Origin: Haloquadratum walsbyi C23
GTDB lineage: Archaea; Halobacteriota; Halobacteria; Halobacteriales; Haloferacaceae
DNA: 32,000 nt
NCBI RefSeq assembly: GCF_000237865.1
Contig: NC_017459.1
Coordinates: forward strand, 1,080,001-1,112,000
Direction: 5' to 3'
A program made the position numbers and the translations under genes. The notes under the pieces are model-generated. The model saw only the letters and a program-made list of their open reading frames with translations. It did no database searches and was not told where the DNA came from. Below, one piece after another: positions 28,097 to 32,000 of this stretch (position 1 is its first letter; every line of letters starts with the position of its first letter).

Positions 28097-28193
28097 GTCC
28101 ACATCATCCCCCGATCCACGTTCTCCTCCGGATTGTCGCGAACGATTATCTCACCACACACCAACGCAGCCCCGGAAAAATCAATGGAACCTG

Positions 28194-28300
28194 TCAGTCC
28201 TCGTCGTCTTCAAATCCCTTCTTCTCGGTCTCCTTGCCGGTGAACTCTTCATCAAACCATTACCGCCGCACCTCCATCTTCTGCTTCTTGCTGAGTTTGT
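28194..28300 (-). pseudogene. short gene remnant (C-terminal end of an unknown acidic protein)
   Basis: The minus frame reads DKLSKKQKMEVRR*WFDEEFTGKETEKKGFEDDED*, with an internal TAA at 28261-28259. Nothing upstream continues it. Confidence 0.3.
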
Positions 28301-28302
28301 CT

Positions 28303-28329
28303 TAGAGCGTTAGAGCGTTAGAGCGTTAG
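28303..28329. repeat. tandem repeat (TAGAGCGT) x3.4
   Basis: Read directly: TAGAGCGT TAGAGCGT TAGAGCGT TAG. It lies in non-coding DNA at the point where GC content drops. Confidence 0.9.
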
Positions 28330-28664
28330 CAATACTATTGATGCTGCCATTGAGTGGACGAAATCCTCCGATATGTGTAGTGGCTGCTGTGATGGTCGGT
28401 GTTGGCGCTCATTGCTTCGACAGCGGCGAATGAGTATCTTGACAGGAACGAATCATTTTAATTATATCACGATACACATATTACTGCTATAGGTTCTGAT
28501 AATAATGTCATGACCCTGATTGAGCGTGACCCTAGCACAATTCTTCACTGTCGTGTGACGCTTCACGAAGACCTCATATTGTCACGACTGATGCTCTCAT
28601 TCGTACCGTCGCTAAAAGATCACGACTGTATTTCTATTCGACTATTGCCCAAAGAGTGTGAAGT

Positions 28665-29186
28665 ATGACGACAGGTCATCAGAAACTAGACAATCATCGT
28701 TGGATAATCGTGGTTTGTATCCTGATTTGCGTGAGCATCCTTGTGGTTATCCTTGTATCCCTTCCTTTCTTTCTGCAGATTGTCTCTGGCGGAGCGTATT
28801 ACTCAACGACCGGATCGCCATTGCCAGTCAATCAGTCAGCTGAGTTTGAGCCAACGCAGACAGCAAGTCTAAATCAGTCTCAGTCCCCCGAGGACGCGAC
28901 GTTCAGAGTCACTGTGGAGAATGAGACACAATACACGGTGAGTCGTCAGGATGCTGTTGCAAACCCATCACACAGTCTGCAACCAGCAGATGCACGGGTC
29001 ATTGGCACAACACTGGTCATCTATGAAAAATCACTCAATAAGAGTAATTCGAACACACTGTCCCCAAGCGTTGTCTCAACGGGATCATACACCGAACAAT
29101 GGAATATCACAATCCCAATTGACCGCGTTGCTGTGTATCATCCATATCAAGAACACCCCTATGTCAAGTCGGTCGAGTCAAATTGA
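28665..29186 (+). CDS. N-terminally membrane-anchored extracellular protein, unknown function
   Basis: 173-aa ORF. One strong TM helix (WIIVVCILICVSILVVILVSLPFFLQIV) is followed by a Ser/Thr/Asn/Gln-rich domain. Composition is host-like. Confidence 0.5.
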   Translation: MTTGHQKLDNHRWIIVVCILICVSILVVILVSLPFFLQIVSGGAYYSTTGSPLPVNQSAEFEPTQTASLNQSQSPEDATFRVTVENETQYTVSRQDAVANPSHSLQPADARVIGTTLVIYEKSLNKSNSNTLSPSVVSTGSYTEQWNITIPIDRVAVYHPYQEHPYVKSVESN

Positions 29187-29330
29187 GTCACAGACACGCC
29201 CCGTGAGAGTTGGTGTGAGCAAGCGACCGACAGGACCCCTCCTCATGTACTGCGTATTGATATGTCGACTTGCACAAGATGATAACGCTCACTCAATACT
29301 CAGCCGCTGTTTTATTTCACACCCTCAGTA

Positions 29331-30140
29331 TCAAAGAGCATTCTTCCGCCAGACTTCGACGTTCGCGTCGATGACTTCGAGTGCAGCCATGCTCCCGGCT
29401 GCCTCGCCCTTCTCAAAGTCCTCTTCTACCTGTCCCATCTGGTTAGTCACATGGGCAAAACAGACGACTGGCTGGTCACGGACAGTAGCAAACGTGTACA
29501 GTGCCGCGGCTTCCATCTCGACAGCGAGTATTTCATCGGTGCGAGCGCGCTCGATCGCCAGTTCTGTCTCACGGAAGGGTGCGTCAGTTGTCCACGTCGT
29601 ACCGGTGTGAACCGGCTGTGAGACGTCTGTACACGCTTTTTCAACTCGCTCCTGTAGTTGGTTATCAAGCGAGGCGTATCGTGTCGGTTCACGGTAATGA
29701 TAGCTCGTTCCTTCGTCACGCAGTGCTTGCTCTATCAACACGAAGTACGGCGGGTCCCCGCAAGAGTGGATCTGTCCCGAAGATGTGATACTGACGAGAA
29801 ATTCACACCCGGTTGTGAACAGTTGCTCTGCGACGAGAACGGCGAATGGGGCACCGACCGCGCATCCGATGATACCTACTTGTGAGCCCCGCCGCTCGGT
29901 CGTATACAGCTTTGTGTGATAACCAGGCCACGTCTCCAGTTCTGATGCCTCCCCTCTGTCACGGAGGTGCCGGAGGATATCCCCGTCCGGGTCAAGCACG
30001 CAGATATCCGGCATCTCTTTATCCGGGAGATTCTTCTGCCGACGAGCTTGCTTTATTAATGACGCTGGTGAGAAGACCGATTGCTCGTCGTAGGCTTTTG
30101 CCCTCTGAAGTGGAAACTGTGAGGAGTGTTCGTCTGACAT
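29331..30140 (-). CDS. PNP/UDP-family nucleoside phosphorylase-like protein
   Basis: Motifs GIIGCAVGAPFAVLVAEQL, SITSSGQI, TTWTTDAPFRET and AVEMEAAALY are typical of the phosphorylase superfamily (uridine/purine nucleoside phosphorylase fold). Confidence 0.8.
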   Translation of the reverse strand: MSDEHSSQFPLQRAKAYDEQSVFSPASLIKQARRQKNLPDKEMPDICVLDPDGDILRHLRDRGEASELETWPGYHTKLYTTERRGSQVGIIGCAVGAPFAVLVAEQLFTTGCEFLVSITSSGQIHSCGDPPYFVLIEQALRDEGTSYHYREPTRYASLDNQLQERVEKACTDVSQPVHTGTTWTTDAPFRETELAIERARTDEILAVEMEAAALYTFATVRDQPVVCFAHVTNQMGQVEEDFEKGEAAGSMAALEVIDANVEVWRKNAL

Positions 30141-30257
30141 AGATAAAACTCCAGTTAAATGTTCAAAGACCCATCGCCATCACAAAATGAACCGATTGGT
30201 GAACTATCCTGCCCACTTAGATCTACAGGCGGAACAGACCGAGTGCCTCGGGGCTTA

Positions 30258-30369
30258 ATAGTACTCCATGAAACATTTTGAACCATCGGTCCTACGCAAC
30301 AGTATCAGCAGCTACTCTATGACAAGATTTTGAATTGAATTCCTCAGTAAGTTTTCAGGAGCACCAGAC
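30258..30369. repeat. 112-nt repeat element, copy 2, clamped by the 9-bp inverted repeat GCCTCGGGG (30245-30253) / CCCCGAGGC (30369-30377)
   Basis: 110/112 identical to 15710-15821 and in the same orientation. Its right clamp arm is part of a GACCCCGAGGC motif copy. Confidence 0.9.
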
Positions 30370-30384
30370 CCCGAGGCGGTTCAC
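30367..30384 (+). repeat. motif copy 1: GACCCCGAGGCGGTTCAC
   Basis: Read directly. It overlaps the last 3 nt of repeat copy 2. Confidence 0.85.
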
Positions 30385-30651
30385 AGCGGATTCTTGAAGC
30401 AAGGACTTCGTAATTCTCAGATGCACTTTGTAGACACAACCGCAGCGTCCATTATTCGGAGTGCTTTTAGAGATTCTCGCAACTGTCATTGCTCTCGGAC
30501 ATCTTCACGCCCCATTGCGTCTTGACAAGAGACAGAATCGATCCTCGCCACCCACGGTCACCGGGAGGCGGTTATCAGTAGACATAATTTCTATGTATGG
30601 ACAGCTCTGCCAATATTAACAGTTCGGGGGGTCCCTATTTTATCAAAATCC

Positions 30652-30661
30652 CCTCGGGGTC
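30652..30661 (-). repeat. motif copy 2 (core only): reverse strand ACTTGACCCCGAGG
   Basis: The + strand CCTCGGGGTCAAGT at 30652-30665 is identical to 31514-31527. Confidence 0.8.
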
Positions 30662-31600
30662 AAGTGATCTGGGACGCTGGGGGGTGTCTCATCATCCAAA
30701 GTGCGTTTCGCTCTCTCGAACGAGCATGAGGCACTCGACCTGCTCCGTCTGTAGAAAGATTACGGAGCAACCACCCGTGGTATGGCGATACTGTTTCTAC
30801 TACCGGCTGGAGTACTGACTTGGTGCTGGCACTTCGGGTATGTCCACCAGACATGAACAGGATTTTCTCACATCCTCGCTCCGCGGCTGCGAGCGACATC
30901 TCGTTGAGGTAGTGGTTCCGCAATGTCTCACAGACTTCACATCACGACGACCGGGAGAACGTCGCAGTCCCACGGCAAATGACCGCCCCGAATCCATCTG
31001 AGATCCTGAACGTCGAGGGGGTCTGCACCTCGTTGTCTCTCGCCGACCCCCTCACACAGCAGCAGATTGAGTTTTGTTTGACCCCACTGGTGGTCTCGTC
31101 TCGATCGCGATTACACGAGAGGGCTTGCGCGGAACGAGCGAATTCTTCTGGAATAGGTGTCTCGCAGTAGTTCCCACGCCTCGTATAATCGTTTCACACT
31201 CAGAGGAAATTCTCCCGATGGTATAGAAACTCGTCCGGCGCTACACTCGTCATCTCTTCACGGCGCAACCCAGCATAGCCCGTGCACCAAGCCGGAAGGC
31301 AATCTCTCACCTGAGGGACTTCGACTCACTAATGATGGCATCGACCTCGTCATTTTCGTCGGTCTGGTTTAACCGGACTCGCTTCCTGTTTCGTTCGTCG
31401 TAGTTGTCGAGTCGAATTTGGGATTAACCAGCTACGCCTACATATTAATCCATGCAAGACTACCCGTTCAGGGGCATCTGAGCGTTTGGTCGAGCCGAAT
31501 CAGTAGTGAATCGCCTCGGGGTCAAGTCCCGGAGTACTCGCTTTGCTTTCTCTGTAGGATTGGAAGAAATCATACCCCGGCGCTTAGCGGTCAGTATGAC
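30660..31600 (-). pseudogene. tyrosine recombinase (phage-integrase family), multiply frameshifted
   Basis: I translated the minus strand by hand. The pieces are RLDNYDERNRKRVRLNQTDENDEVDAIISESKSLR, GYAGLRREEMTSVAPDEF (Arg-I region), RGNYCETPIPEEFARSAQAL, VQDLRWIRGG and CETLRNHYLNEMSLAAAERG (catalytic Tyr region). They lie in different frames with stops between them. The largest intact ORF is 87 aa. Boundaries are approximate. Confidence 0.65.
31506..31523 (-). repeat. motif copy 3: reverse strand GACCCCGAGGCGATTCAC
   Basis: It matches copy 1 at 17 of 18 positions and is in inverted orientation, 1157 bp end to end. Confidence 0.85.
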
Positions 31601-31698
31601 TGTGGTCTCAGTGTAAAACCCCGCGTGTATATCATTGCGTATATGTCCTATTTTCGTTTTACAAGCGGTACGAGGCGAATGCCACGGGGCTTTGATGT

Positions 31699-31716
31699 GA
31701 CCCCGAGGCACTTCAC
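31699..31716 (+). repeat. motif copy 4: GACCCCGAGGCACTTCAC
   Basis: It matches copy 1 at 16 of 18 positions. The following CAG is also shared (..TTCACAG). Confidence 0.85.
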
Positions 31717-32000
31717 AGACAACTATATGTATTTTACATATAAGTGAGGCTACTCTGTATGTGTTCGAAGCGAGCGCAGATTGCGTCACTATCCGTGTGG
31801 ACGTGAGTCTCTTATCAAAAGACACAATCTCATGATCAATAGCAACTCATGAGCTAATTGCCACACATATTAAATAAGAGTATAAATCCAAAATTGGAAG
31901 TAAAGTATGACATCGATAAATCAAAGTTAACTAATTAGTTAGAAATAGTACGCAACGAAGACTGAATGATAGATAACTAGTGGCAAGTGGAATTATATAA

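Noticed and set aside
18434-31900. A duplicated 3' half of tRNA-Arg (attR) marking the far end of the island
   Set aside because: I scanned by eye for GTTCAAATCCTGCAGCGCCC or sub-strings. I found only an 8-nt chance match (TGCAGCGC near 16298). A computational search could still find a degenerate copy.

Overview
The window looks like a chromosomal segment of a low-GC haloarchaeon with a strongly acidic proteome. It is Haloquadratum-like, judged only from composition and protein style. It splits into two parts.

(1) Positions 1-18433 are ordinary core genome:
- a translationally coupled menaquinone cluster, menF-menD-menB-menA-menC, with no menE
- pyrB-pyrI, gdhA and a class I fructose-1,6-bisphosphatase
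- a CoA-binding protein, a UbiA-type DGGGP synthase and an FKBP-type PPIase
- tRNA-Lys(UUU), a small HTH regulator and tRNA-Arg(UCG)

(2) An accessory region starts directly at the 3' end of tRNA-Arg. About 10 kb (18434 to about 28100) is visibly GC-richer: sampled lines run about 60% GC against about 35-52% in the core part. It is heavily decayed and contains:
- an HsdR_N-like nuclease gene hit three times (nonsense codon, 264-bp MITE, frameshift)
- a voltage-gated-type K+ channel gene split by a 1762-bp IS, whose own transposase gene is interrupted by a further ~300-bp insert
- a C2H2 zinc-finger gene whose reading frame continues through two in-frame TGA codons
- an intact vapBC pair

Beyond this come a membrane-anchored protein, a PNP/UDP-family phosphorylase and a badly frameshifted tyrosine recombinase gene.

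The signals I could not explain with standard features:
- A 112-nt element occurs twice (15710-15821 and 30258-30369, 110/112 identical). Each copy is clamped by a different perfect 9-bp inverted repeat. Each sits at a junction between AT-rich and GC-rich DNA.
- An 18-nt GACCCCGAGGC..TTCAC motif occurs three times around the recombinase remnant, with its 10-nt core a fourth time, in alternating orientation.
- A 530-bp GC-rich orphan segment has no stop trinucleotide in any + frame for 274 nt.

No CRISPR array or rRNA gene was seen, and I cannot demonstrate a complete new multi-gene system from sequence alone.
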